This document shows, in pieces, positions 21,608-31,868 of a stretch of DNA of 64,000 nucleotides. The notes below the pieces were generated by a model. That model saw only the letters and a program-made list of their open reading frames with translations, was not told the DNA's origin and did no database searches. Position numbers and translations under genes: made by a program. The stretch is from Nitrospirota bacterium (lineage in GTDB: Bacteria > Nitrospirota > Nitrospiria > Nitrospirales > Nitrospiraceae): positions 992,001-1,056,000 of the forward strand of contig CAVPBK010000006.1 of NCBI GenBank assembly GCA_963701855.1, read 5' to 3'. Numbering within the stretch: the first letter of the stretch is position 1; every line of letters begins with the position of its first letter.

Positions 21608-22117
21608 ATGGAGAACGTATTCATAGGCCTTGCCATCGCGCTCTTGGCCCTCCTAGTTTGGCGACTGAGGCTCTCGCCAACCACTGGGCCGGTCAGAAAA
21701 GAGCCCTTTGCCCTTCCTCCAAACGTCACATTGCGTCCTCAACCTCTACTGACTGAAACTGATCTCTTGTTTTACAATCTCATACGGTTGGCCGTAGAAG
21801 ACCATTATCTTGTCTTTGCGAGGGTTCCGCTCTGGTCGGTTGTCAGCGTCGAGGCAGACGGAACGGCTCGGTCACAGGTGTTGAGACAGATCGCGTTGAA
21901 GCAACTCGATTTTGTGTTGGTCCACCCAGGAACGAAGGCTGCGGAGCAAGTGGTGTTGCTCGAGGAAGGGTTGCCCCCTCAGCCGCACGAGGTCACTCGG
22001 AGACGGGAGATCCAGTCTGTCCTACAGGCAGCCGGCATAACGTTGATCACTTTGAAGCCCCACACGTCCTATACAGTGCCTCAATTGGCTCAGCTGTTTG
22101 GCGTCGTCGATGAGTAA
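21608..22117 (+). CDS. DUF2726-like protein with N-terminal TM
   Basis: PLLTETDLLFY...VFARVPL...DFVL pattern. Confidence 0.75.
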   Translation: MENVFIGLAIALLALLVWRLRLSPTTGPVRKEPFALPPNVTLRPQPLLTETDLLFYNLIRLAVEDHYLVFARVPLWSVVSVEADGTARSQVLRQIALKQLDFVLVHPGTKAAEQVVLLEEGLPPQPHEVTRRREIQSVLQAAGITLITLKPHTSYTVPQLAQLFGVVDE

Positions 22118-22168
22118 TGACGGCCCTGCGTATTGCCGACACATCCCCCGCCTGTCCTTGAAGTAGAA

Positions 22169-22681
22169 CTAGTCGGAAGGGCTGTTACCGGTCAGTTGGG
22201 AGGTTGGTTCCTCATTCCGCATCGGTGCCGCATCAAGGGCTTTCCGTGCCAACTCTGCTTCAGCGCTTTCAGGATAGTCATCGATCACTCGCTCGTACAT
22301 CATACGAGCTTTCTCGTGATCCTTCAGCCTGGTGTAGGTTTGTCCAATCTTCAAGTTAGAGGCGGCAAGCTTCGGACTGAGGGGGTAGTAGGAGACAACG
22401 TGGTAGAAGGATTTCAGAGCTTCCCTATAGCGCCCTAATCGGTACTGACATTCTCCCACCCAATATTGCGCATTAGCTGCCAGAGAGGACTGCCCGTGGA
22501 GTTCGAGGAAGAATCGAAAACCAGCCAAGGCTGCCTCGTAATCTCTGTGCTTGTACTCCTCCATCACTCGATCATAGAGGTGCCGAGACGAATCCTGCAT
22601 GTTGGAAGGGGCCGCGACGGCAAGATTGAGAGAAAACAATACCGCAATTATTCCCTGGAGCACGATCATTAGCGTCTTCAT
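22169..22681 (-). CDS. Tol-Pal associated TPR protein CpoB/YbgF-like
   Basis: Signal peptide; ANAQYWVGE, YPLSPK, YPESAEA TPR motifs. Confidence 0.8.
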   Translation of the reverse strand: MKTLMIVLQGIIAVLFSLNLAVAAPSNMQDSSRHLYDRVMEEYKHRDYEAALAGFRFFLELHGQSSLAANAQYWVGECQYRLGRYREALKSFYHVVSYYPLSPKLAASNLKIGQTYTRLKDHEKARMMYERVIDDYPESAEAELARKALDAAPMRNEEPTSQLTGNSPSD

Positions 22682-22735
22682 CGTAATGCCTCCATACTGC
22701 TCAGCAAGGTCTCGGTACCCTTTCTCTCGTGATAA

Positions 22736-22751
22736 CGCAATCGCCGTGCCA
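22736..22751 (-). promoter_or_regulatory. sigma54 promoter
   Basis: Minus strand TGGCACGGCGATTGCG, near-perfect consensus, 55 bp upstream of start. Confidence 0.75.
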
Positions 22752-23046
22752 CTGTGCTGCTGCACGGCATGGCTAAAACCAACGAGAATCCACGAGCTTG
22801 GCACCATTCGATGCTGGGAATTGCCAAGTTACCGCCCTCGCCTGCGCAACAGATTTGTACGATCTGTTCGAGAGTCTCCCTGCACGATAAAATAGAGCAT
22901 ACCATCAGAAAAGTGGCTTTGGTAAACGCTTTGCTGAGATATTGACTTGCGTGTTTGTGACCGAAATAATGCCGCTCGACCGCTTGAATCAGAACCTCTG
23001 CGGTAGCACGACGACGGTGAGAAGAGAAAAGACGCGGTAAAGGGAA

Positions 23047-23841
23047 TTGGAAATGATGATTGATCCTCCTGCAAATCCATTCGGCGGAAAGACCTTAATC
23101 GTCGACGCGAATGACTGCGACTCGTACCCGCGACCCAGTGCGGCTCTACTCGATGCAGGAGAATATGACCAGGTCTTTGTTTACCCAGGGATCTATGAGG
23201 ATAAAATTTTTATCACGGGGAGACCAATTCATTTAGTGGGAGCCGGTCGAGACGAGGTACAGATTTTTTCCCGTCGTGGGGGGCCACTCTATCTCCAGCA
23301 GATCCCAGGCGGTCGTATCGCCGGAATCACGTTTCGCTATGTTGGAAGCGATCAGAACTCCGCGATGAATCTGCTCGACTCCTCTTGTACTGTGACACAG
23401 TGCCGTGCCACGGAGGGCATTCTGTCTGGCGTGGTCATTTATGGCCCGCAATCGCGGCCAACATTTGTCGAGAATGAAGTCTGTGGCAACCGGGAATCGG
23501 GGATTTTTGTGTTTGCCGGCGCACAGCCGAGAATCGCCGATAATGTCTGTAGCGGCAACCATCATTTCGGTATTGCGGTGCGGGATCCTGGGAGCCATCC
23601 AGAACTCGTCAGAAACCGGTGTCGGGAGAATATGCTGAGCGGGATTCTTCTCTTTCATCACGCGGAAGCGCTCCTCGTCGACAATACGTGCAGCGAGAAT
23701 CAACACTGGGGTATGGTAATTACTCCTAACTGCCACCCTACTCCCGGTCTGGAGGCGCTCGACACCTCAAACATTCTTGCTCCCAATCCGCGCGGAACCT
23801 TGATCGTGACGGACGAGCCGCTAGGTGACATCGGCCGGTGA
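23047..23841 (+). CDS. Right-handed parallel beta-helix repeat protein
   Basis: VYPGIYE then repeated N..SGI motifs. Confidence 0.8.
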   Translation: MEMMIDPPANPFGGKTLIVDANDCDSYPRPSAALLDAGEYDQVFVYPGIYEDKIFITGRPIHLVGAGRDEVQIFSRRGGPLYLQQIPGGRIAGITFRYVGSDQNSAMNLLDSSCTVTQCRATEGILSGVVIYGPQSRPTFVENEVCGNRESGIFVFAGAQPRIADNVCSGNHHFGIAVRDPGSHPELVRNRCRENMLSGILLFHHAEALLVDNTCSENQHWGMVITPNCHPTPGLEALDTSNILAPNPRGTLIVTDEPLGDIGR

Positions 23842-23941
23842 TAAGCCTGAATATCAAGAACACCGGCGATTGGAGAATCAGTGCGTGGAAGACGGAAGGC
23901 GTCTCTGGTCTTTATTTCGCAACGGCGGTAGTGTCCGCTTG

Positions 23942-24865
23942 TTAGGGAAGGAGATTGGCTGAGTGAGTCCCAGAGGCTTCGTGCAGATGAAACGCGCTGC
24001 CGCCTTGTTGTTTCGCTCGATACATGGCAGTGTCGGCATGCTTCAGCAGCTCGTCGATAGGATGATCGTCGTGAGGATAGATCGTAATTCCAATGCTGAT
24101 GCCGACCGAGATGTGGTGACCCTTAAGCTCGAACGGCGCAGCAATGGACTCCGTAATGCGCTTTGCCACCACAATGATGTTCTGTTCGGAAGAGACCCCT
24201 TCTAGAATAATCGTAAACTCATCCCCACCCATACGGGCCACGGTATCGACCTCACGCACGCAGACTTTGAGCCTTTCGGTTACGGCCTTGAGTAGCTCAT
24301 CACCCATGTCGTGGCCGAAGGTGTCGTTCACCGTTTTGAATCGATCGAGATCGAGGAGCATGAGACCAATCGGTTGATGCATGCGCTTGCTTCGAGCCAT
24401 CGCTTGAACCAGGCGATCGCGAAAGAGGTTACGATTGACCAGCCCGGTCAAGTGATCATACTGTGCTAGGTAGGTCAGGTGTTCTTCAGCGCGTTTCCGC
24501 TCAATGGCATAGCGGATGGCCCGAGCTAATAGCTCGGGATGACCCTGACCTTTGACAAGGTAATCTTGCGCCCCCTGTTGCACAGCCTGAAGAGCCAGGC
24601 TTTGGTCGGTCACGCCGCTCAGGATGACAACGGGGACCGTCGGATTCATGGCATGGACCTGTCTGACAGTCGGAAGGCCGAATGTGTCCGGGAGAGAAAG
24701 ATCCAAGAGCACAGCATCAAACCGCTCACGGCTGAGAAACAGGAATCCCTCTGCCAGCGTTTTCGCCCGGGTAATCTGGAACTCCTCCATGCTCCATTCA
24801 GAAAGAAGATCCTGCGTGAGTTCGGCGTCAACGTCGTTGTCTTCGACGAGAAGCACTTTGATCAT
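23942..24865 (-). CDS. Response regulator diguanylate cyclase (REC-GGDEF)
   Basis: LLVEDN / LLDLSLP receiver domain; DLDRFKTVNDTFGH, RxxD I-site (REVD), GGDEF. Confidence 0.93.
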   Translation of the reverse strand: MIKVLLVEDNDVDAELTQDLLSEWSMEEFQITRAKTLAEGFLFLSRERFDAVLLDLSLPDTFGLPTVRQVHAMNPTVPVVILSGVTDQSLALQAVQQGAQDYLVKGQGHPELLARAIRYAIERKRAEEHLTYLAQYDHLTGLVNRNLFRDRLVQAMARSKRMHQPIGLMLLDLDRFKTVNDTFGHDMGDELLKAVTERLKVCVREVDTVARMGGDEFTIILEGVSSEQNIIVVAKRITESIAAPFELKGHHISVGISIGITIYPHDDHPIDELLKHADTAMYRAKQQGGSAFHLHEASGTHSANLLP

Positions 24866-25197
24866 CTGATACCCTCGCTCTCGCGTGAACCCTTGCGGCT
24901 AATTCCAGTTTCTATGTCTGGACCGGCTGCCTGTGACAATGCCCGCAACTATGAGAGGCTAAGTATAGCCAAGAGACGAGGGAGGATAAAGAAAATGCGA
25001 GAATACGGTAAGGAAAACGCGTGAAGCCCGAGGAAAAGCCCACGCCACGGACAAGCGTGACGGCAGAGGGCTCGCAATACCACTCTCACAAGTAAAGCCC
25101 ATGACCACCCCTTGTAAGCAATACACACCAATGAAATCGCTACGTAGGGTGGTCAAGAGAAGTCATGACGAACGATTTAGAATGCGGGCAACCTTGT

Positions 25198-25575
25198 TTA
25201 ACCTACATGGAGCGCTTCAGCTCGGCGACGAACCTCTTCGGCTTTTTGCGATTGTCCGAGGTTGTCGTAGAGTGAGGCGATGTTCGCATGCAAGTGCGAC
25301 AAGAGTTGTCCAAGCTGTGCTTCCTGTGCGATCACATTCGCTTCGAGAGCCAGCTTCTTTTCTTCGCTCCGGCGGAAGCGTTCCTCAAGCCTCTGTACAA
25401 GTTGGATCCAACCTTTGACTTTTCCGGAATCCAAGTCAGGGAGAGGCGGCAAGGCTTCAGCGCGATCGAGAGATTTTTCAGTTTGATTCATCCAATTGAT
25501 AAAAACGAGAAAATCACCAAGCGTAATTTTCAGTGCGGATGAGGCGCCTTCTTCTTCGATAACCAGATCTTCCAT
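25198..25575 (-). CDS. Hypothetical helical protein
   Basis: AAGGAG RBS, coiled-coil plus TPR-like C-terminus. Confidence 0.6.
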   Translation of the reverse strand: MEDLVIEEEGASSALKITLGDFLVFINWMNQTEKSLDRAEALPPLPDLDSGKVKGWIQLVQRLEERFRRSEEKKLALEANVIAQEAQLGQLLSHLHANIASLYDNLGQSQKAEEVRRRAEALHVG

Positions 25576-25915
25576 TACAACTCCTTGTAAGCGATTTATT
25601 TCGATAGTGGGTGGTAGGCGACGAAATATTTTTCTCTAAAATCCGTTGATATTTTTTGTTACCGAGCTCTGAAAAACGAGCACGGCAGCGAAATCAACGC
25701 GACTCACCCCCTTTCTACGTATGGCCGTTGGCAAGAAATAGGGAGAAAGTCCAAGAGCGGGCATCCCATAGGCTACATCCAGTAGTGTTGGTGGAGTAAT
25801 ACTGCGCCAGCAGTGGTGTTGTCAACAGCTCTCTTAAGGGGATTGATAAAAGGGAAATCTCTCTCTGGTCTTCGGCGTGCAGATGAAGTCAAAAAGAGCG
25901 GGAAGTGGGCGATGC

Positions 25916-26236
25916 CTAACCTTGCGGTGAGAGGGGAGGAACGTCCGGATAGATTCCGCGTGGGAGACGTTCAGGTCCGATTGTCCCTTCGCAGGCATAC
26001 CCTGGCTCGAAAGGCCAGAGGAGGGATCGACCCTGCCAAGAACCTCTCACCTGGATCGTGCTCATCGAAACTCCAAGTCGAACAGCCTCATCGCGCATTG
26101 TGGAGAGGCAGCCTTCGTAGGAATATGCGCGACGACCCAGTATGATCGGGTTACCCGTTTGGCTATGGAATACGGTATAGGGCTCAGCGCAGCCTGCCAG
26201 AAGCAGTATCATCATGAGTAATAGACCTTTGGTCAT
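25916..26236 (-). CDS. Hypothetical lipoprotein
   Basis: LLAGC lipobox. Confidence 0.7.
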   Translation of the reverse strand: MTKGLLLMMILLLAGCAEPYTVFHSQTGNPIILGRRAYSYEGCLSTMRDEAVRLGVSMSTIQVRGSWQGRSLLWPFEPGYACEGTIGPERLPRGIYPDVPPLSPQG

Positions 26237-26269
26237 GCGTCTTCACCCTCGCTAGTGGTCTGACTATTA

Positions 26270-26626
26270 TCAGAAATGTGCCCCTTGCCAAGCGCTGGAT
26301 CGAGGTGATAGCGCGAGAGGAATCTCGTTTTTGACTAGCCGACCTAAGCGAACTTGGTCTTCACCGGGCATTTGAATAAACTCGACGCCAAACCGTCGTC
26401 CCTCGCACCAACGTACTTTGGCTAATCCGACTCGGAGTGGAGACGTATTGTCAGAGACGAGCATTCTCATCTCAATATAGGAGCCGGGCTGTACTTGTTT
26501 TCGGCTGTGGACGGCGCAACCAGGGACAGACACGTTGAGCACGGTTCCCTCCCCCACATAGGCCTCACCAGCAAACATCACAGGGAAGTGTGTGTGGATT
26601 CGTTCGCAGTACCGAAGCTTCGCCAT
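26270..26626 (-). CDS. PilZ-domain c-di-GMP receptor
   Basis: RxxxR (RYCER), NxSxxG (NVSVPG), VRWC, FGVEF. Confidence 0.85.
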   Translation of the reverse strand: MAKLRYCERIHTHFPVMFAGEAYVGEGTVLNVSVPGCAVHSRKQVQPGSYIEMRMLVSDNTSPLRVGLAKVRWCEGRRFGVEFIQMPGEDQVRLGRLVKNEIPLALSPRSSAWQGAHF

Positions 26627-26894
26627 GGCTGTCGACTCCTTCTCGGTCAGACCATTAGGAGGGCACAGCGTACCACAGTCTCTTTCATCGTGCGAGAGAG
26701 CCCCTCTTTCGAGGAGTCTGGCATAAGAGAGATTGGGAACTCCCGCTGAGCTTCCGACGAACCGCAAAGTGCGGCAAGGAGAGCTAAAACACAGGACACC
26801 CCCACCCTAATCCCCCCTACGAAAGCAGGAATCATTGATGGGCACAAGTCGCTGGAATGATTACATTAATAATCAGTTTGTCCTTCATTCAAGA

Positions 26895-26910
26895 TGGCAT
26901 AGAACCTGCG
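26895..26910 (+). promoter_or_regulatory. Putative sigma54 promoter
   Basis: TGGCATAGAACCTGCG (GG-N10-GC), ~90 bp before the transglycosylase. Confidence 0.5.
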
Positions 26911-27000
26911 CTTACAGCGTCACGGTACAGGGTCACTCCCAAGACACATGAAAAATACGCCGCGGGGTTACGCAGGTTTCTGGACAGGGAGGAAACAAAG

Positions 27001-27717
27001 ATGAATAGGGTCGAGCATCACAGTAAATCTTATTATGCTGATTTGAGACACCGAACATTCAGCCACAGGGGCTCCGCCAAATTTACTGCCTGCGTAGTGT
27101 TGATACTGACGGCAACCTGGACGCCCTCCATTCTCTCCGATATGGAGGCCGATGGATTCGTCGGTCCCACGGGACTGGTAAACCAGGGGAATGTACCGAC
27201 AGATACGCCTGTCGCGGCAGTTCGCCATAAGACCCGACATCACAGTGGTGTGGCGAATCTAGAGCTTGAGCAAGCGGTCATCCGTGCATCTCAGCAGCAC
27301 CATGTTCAACCGGCCTTGCTTCTTGCGGTAATGAGGGCCGAGTCTTCCTTCAATCCGACCGTGATCTCGAAGGCGGGGGCGGTAGGACTCATGCAGCTGA
27401 TTCCGGAAACCGCTATCCGGCATGGCGTGCGTAATCTTTACGACACGAACGACAACGTCACCGGTGGGGCCAAGCACCTGCGTTACCTCCTGAATCGATT
27501 CCACGGGAACGTCCAGTTAGCCTTGGCTGCCTACAACGCGGGCGAACGCACGGTTGATCGATATGGACAGATCCCGCCCTACAAAGAAACACAGGATTAT
27601 GTAAAAAAAGTGCTCATATATTATCGTGGATACAAGAAGGACGGCTGGATCATGCCGGTTGTAATCGCTCAGTCTATTTATGTACGAAGACCGGCCGTAC
27701 TAATCGATCGCCTGTGA
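27001..27717 (+). CDS. Soluble lytic transglycosylase (SLT domain)
   Basis: AESSF, GAVGLMQL, ALAAYNAG, ETQDYV. Confidence 0.92.
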   Translation: MNRVEHHSKSYYADLRHRTFSHRGSAKFTACVVLILTATWTPSILSDMEADGFVGPTGLVNQGNVPTDTPVAAVRHKTRHHSGVANLELEQAVIRASQQHHVQPALLLAVMRAESSFNPTVISKAGAVGLMQLIPETAIRHGVRNLYDTNDNVTGGAKHLRYLLNRFHGNVQLALAAYNAGERTVDRYGQIPPYKETQDYVKKVLIYYRGYKKDGWIMPVVIAQSIYVRRPAVLIDRL

Positions 27718-27842
27718 TCTCGTGTGGCTCTTAGGAAGCATTGCTCAGAGTAGGGATCCGTCCGAAGAGACAAGACTCCAAGCGTCTGGGGGTCAAAAAG
27801 CAAGGCGAACCGTACAACCCAAGAGTTGAGGAAGTGAAGGCG

Positions 27843-28040
27843 TTAGACGGGTTTTTCAGCGACGTAGTCCAAGTACTTCCAGAGTTCTTTGGCGTCGTTT
27901 TCGGCGAATACCAGCGGGGTATTGTTAGCGGATCCTGCGAAATAGACCTTTAGCGACATCTCATCTTGCCAAATTTGTGCTTCGCAGTAGCTCACGCTAT
28001 CAAGGTTTAAGGCTTTCTTGCCAATACGAACGAAATGCAT
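27843..28040 (-). CDS. Small hypothetical protein
   Basis: 65-aa ORF with GGAG RBS. Confidence 0.6.
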   Translation of the reverse strand: MHFVRIGKKALNLDSVSYCEAQIWQDEMSLKVYFAGSANNTPLVFAENDAKELWKYLDYVAEKPV

Positions 28041-28205
28041 AATATCTCCATGCCCTTGCGCCAACTCCTCGCCGACTATATCACCGTATGGTTTCCCGTC
28101 AAATGTTTATGATATTTTCTATTACGCTCTCATAGGAAAATACGATTGGGAACTTGAAGATACTTGAGGGGATTCGAGTCGGGGGATTAGTTCGAAAGAA
28201 ACTCT

Positions 28206-28225
28206 TGGCTGCGGGGGAAGGATTT
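28206..28225 (-). repeat. att site: duplicated 3' end of tRNA-fMet
   Basis: TGGCTGCGGGGGAAGGATTT vs TGGTTGCGGGGGAAGGATTT at 53978-53997 (19/20). Confidence 0.85.
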
Positions 28226-28688
28226 AGTCATTACTTAACCCCCTCCGATTCGCATCCGTCTGCAGTAGGTTCATACGGATATCCTCGCATTGGAAAGAGG
28301 CTAGTACGGTTGAGATCGGAGAGGGTAAATAAGTTTGGTTAAGGGGCAAGCGATCCAACCGTCGTTGGGCCCTCTAAATAGTGTGACTCCCACTCCCGTC
28401 TAGGTTTCTTCTCGGCTTAATTGACCTGACCCCCCAGCTATTAGGCCACCACGCCAGTTCGGCGGGCGCTGGATGATCGAAGAAGCCGTTTGAAACAGGT
28501 GGTCTGAAGCCTGGGCCGGAGTCTTGCGGGCAGGCATAGCGAGAGGTATGCTATTGACCAGCAGAAAAATCTACATGGAATTCCGGTTTCCTCACGCGTG
28601 ACATCCTTCGCGTCATAGAAGGATCTGGTTCTCAGTCAGTATGGAGATAGCTGAACCGGACCGGGTCCCAGTGAGAGAGGAGCGCATC

Positions 28689-29690
28689 ATGGCAAGACTC
28701 CTGTTGCTCGGAATGGCGACGGTCCTGGGACTGTGGCCAGGGGTTGGCCTGGGGGGAGATCTGACACCGCGCGAAATCTACGAGGGCAGCTCACCAGCCG
28801 TCGTGATGATCCTGGGGTACTCCCACAGCGGACAACAAGGCAGCGGCGGCACCGGCTCCATCATCCAACAGGATGGGCTCGTCTTGACGAACGCGCATGT
28901 TGTGATCGACGAGCACACAGGCAAGCCCTATCCCCGCTTGACCATCTACCTGAAGCCGGATCGTGTGACCGGCGACCGGAAGGTGGATTTGTCACGGAGC
29001 GGCAAAGCTCGTGTGGTGGCCTTTTCAGAGCCGTTGGACCTGGCGATGCTTAAGCTCGATGGGCTGCCTGGACCATTTCCGATTCTCGAACTGGACGACT
29101 CCGATCGGGCCGAGATCGGCGATCGCGTGGTGGCGATCGGGCATCCGGAACAGGGCGGACTCTGGACCTTGACCACTGGCACCATCAGTGCAGAATTCGA
29201 GAACTTTAACGCCACGAAGGGCAAGTCGGTGTTTCAGACAGAAACGGGACTGAACCGCGGCAACTCCGGGGGACCGTTACTGGATACCAACGGCCGCATG
29301 ATCGGAGTCAATACGGCAATCGCCCGCGTCGCGCCGGATGGGATGCCAATTACCAGTATCAGCTTCTCCTTGAAGTCCAACGTGGCCAAGCAGTGGTTGC
29401 GTGATCAGGGTGTTTCGGCCCGGGAAGCGCTGGCTCATTCCGACACCCCGGGGCTAGACAAATCCGCGGATCGTTCTCACCCTCGGCCTCGCGGGCAAAC
29501 GACCCCACTTGGGAATTCCCTGGCCGCTCCTACGATCGGCTCTTCCTCTCCTCCCCCTGAGGTCACGGAACAGACCGTGCCCTCCCCTCGACCCTACAAC
29601 CTGGACCGCCTCATTAGTGAACGGAACCGCGCCGAGGCGGACCTCGAGGATATGATCAAGGAAATGCGCGGCAAACTGGGCGGACGATGA
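28689..29690 (+). CDS. Exported trypsin-like (S1C) serine protease without PDZ domain
   Basis: LTNAHV, DLAML, GNSGGPL triad; signal peptide. Confidence 0.9.
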   Translation: MARLLLLGMATVLGLWPGVGLGGDLTPREIYEGSSPAVVMILGYSHSGQQGSGGTGSIIQQDGLVLTNAHVVIDEHTGKPYPRLTIYLKPDRVTGDRKVDLSRSGKARVVAFSEPLDLAMLKLDGLPGPFPILELDDSDRAEIGDRVVAIGHPEQGGLWTLTTGTISAEFENFNATKGKSVFQTETGLNRGNSGGPLLDTNGRMIGVNTAIARVAPDGMPITSISFSLKSNVAKQWLRDQGVSAREALAHSDTPGLDKSADRSHPRPRGQTTPLGNSLAAPTIGSSSPPPEVTEQTVPSPRPYNLDRLISERNRAEADLEDMIKEMRGKLGGR

Positions 29691-29863
29691 GGACATCGTC
29701 GGGCACCTGTCGATCAGCGAGGTATCCTCAAACTATTAAATTAAAGGGGAGACCCGCTTTCGGTTACAAGGCCACAGCACAAGGTAACTTTGCCAATAGA
29801 GATAAGGGTCTTGATCGAGACGCGCAGGCACTTTCTTCAAAGTGTTCGGCATGATGATTCCCT

Positions 29864-30367
29864 TTATTTCAGGTTCACCGCCTGATAATCAATGATGAAC
29901 CGTCCGACAGCCTCTGAGATTCTCGTGCGAATGTCGAGCACTCTAGGGGCGCTGAGCCAACTCGGATGTGCAGGGCCTTCCCATGTGGTCGCAAAGAATT
30001 CTGTGGGTGGATCCCGTGAGAGTTGAACAAGCTGTTTCAACGTCAGCCCGATCGCGTACGCGGTAAAATTCACTGAGGGACCCGTAATCGGATGGACGGC
30101 AACATAGAGATATGGAGCCCCGGGTGAATTCGCGATCTCAGAGATGGTTAGGACGCGCAGGCCTGCCTGTCGCAGTCGCCCTTCGATGTCGCGTGTGAGC
30201 TGCTCTCGGCTCAACCCTTCTCGTTCAACGTCGTCAGGGAGATACTCAACGAGCACCGAGATCTCTCCGAGTCCTCGCAGTGTCTCACGTTTGTCACCGG
30301 TAAAGGCGAATCCTATAATCGGCCAACACAATGTCAGGCCCAACAGAATAAGCACTCTCAGGCTCAT
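29864..30367 (-). CDS. Hypothetical exported protein
   Basis: Signal peptide, GGAGG RBS. Confidence 0.65.
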   Translation of the reverse strand: MSLRVLILLGLTLCWPIIGFAFTGDKRETLRGLGEISVLVEYLPDDVEREGLSREQLTRDIEGRLRQAGLRVLTISEIANSPGAPYLYVAVHPITGPSVNFTAYAIGLTLKQLVQLSRDPPTEFFATTWEGPAHPSWLSAPRVLDIRTRISEAVGRFIIDYQAVNLK

Positions 30368-30509
30368 CGGCCCCCTCCTAGTCGGTGTTCTGCACGATAG
30401 CTGCCCGTCTATATAAAGACAAGAGCAAGGTTGCCGCTTGAAAGTTGGTTAGGGCGAGTTGGTTAGGAACGACGATCAAGCAGCAGGAGGGACTGACCAA
30501 GATGATCAT

Positions 30510-30567
30510 GGGGGAAGGAGTTAGTCATTATTTAACCACGCCAACATTGAGGACTCCGCTGCAGTGA
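30510..30567 (+). repeat. Second att/integrase-tail remnant
   Basis: 26/28 identical to 28213-28240 and shares the downstream CTGCAG-stop. Confidence 0.7.
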
Positions 30568-31179
30568 GGGCGCCCGCAACTTGCTTTATTGTGTCCGACG
30601 ATTCGCGTTCCACTGAGAGTGACGCAGGCTGACTCCAAGCGCGGCAACGCCAAGTAATAAGCCTGCCACTAACACTACTTCCTCTCTTGCCCACTCCCAC
30701 GGTGACACCGGCTGCGGATCGCTCCATAGTCTCTTACTCGCCTCTCGCTCTTCGATCTCTAACCCTTACAGCACCATATCCCCTGACGCATACTTCTGAT
30801 ACCAACAGCACCAGCGTTGCTTGACGGGTTCCTGATTCGGCTGTCCTCTCTTCTGTAGGGAACTAATGACGGCGTTACATGCGTGGTCCATAACGTGACT
30901 CTCACGGCTTGCTGGAACCGCTCGATAGTTGGAGTGCGCTCCTATGCCGATCCAGAGACTGCCACGTAGTCGTCGCCTCTCACGACAGCGCGCCAATCTT
31001 CCTTATGCATTGGTCGAACGACCAGTCCGTCAGCTCTTCACATTGCAATCCCGAATCGCTCTTGGCCTGGTGGGTTGAGAAATACTTTCTCTGTACATCC
31101 ACGTTCAAGCCAAAGGAGATTGAAACTTGCAAGGTTTCTTTTCCACTCTCCGGTATTCAAAAACTCTCTGACAACTCGG

Positions 31180-31345
31180 TTGCGTTGCCCTACGCGGCAT
31201 TACCCCTGGTTGCCTGTGGCAAGGGCGGAGGGGATGGTGGCGCTGGAACTCCGCCGGCCGCGACGCCAACAACCGGGACATTCGCCGATAGTCCGGTGAA
31301 CGGCCTGCACTACACAAGCCCTCCCTCGAACCCGGCCGGAGGCCC
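31180..31345 (+). pseudogene. Truncated lipoprotein gene fragment
   Basis: LVACG-Gly-rich-GTFADSPVNGLHYT, ending at the IS110 remnant. Confidence 0.45.
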
Positions 31346-31700
31346 TACCACCAACCCCTCCTCGGCCAACAAACACCCAATCTGATTGATGGCGGCGGTC
31401 CGATGTTTCACGAAGCGCGACCGCGTCCGGTGCACGGCCTGCAGGTCAGCTTGTTCCACCGTCTTGATCGAGACAACTCGCATGGTGAGCCGACTCACTG
31501 CTTCGCAGATCGCTTCCGCCTCGCGCCCATCATGCTTGTTGGTCTTGACGTAGGGCTTGACATACTTCGGGTGCATCAGCTTGACGGTATGCCCGAGCAG
31601 TTCAACCGCTCGCCCCCAGTGCTGTGCACTCCCGCACGCCTTCATCCCAATCACGCAGGGCGGCAGACTCGCCACTGTGTGTAACAACTGATCGCGCCGG
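31310..31700 (-). pseudogene. IS110-family transposase fragment
   Basis: IGMKACGSAQHW, YVKPYVKTNKHD..AEAICEA (DEDD N-terminal domain), truncated. Confidence 0.85.
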
Positions 31701-31868
31701 TCAACAGCTAGGCATAGGCCGCCTACCTGTAATGCAAGAGAGTACGGCTGGAAACTCAGCCTAAAAGAGCATAGTATAATTTGGCAATTTTTCTCCCTAG
31801 TGTGTTAGGCAGCGCAACCGCATCTTGCGGGGTGCAACCAAGATAATAAACGCAGAGGGAAGGGATCA

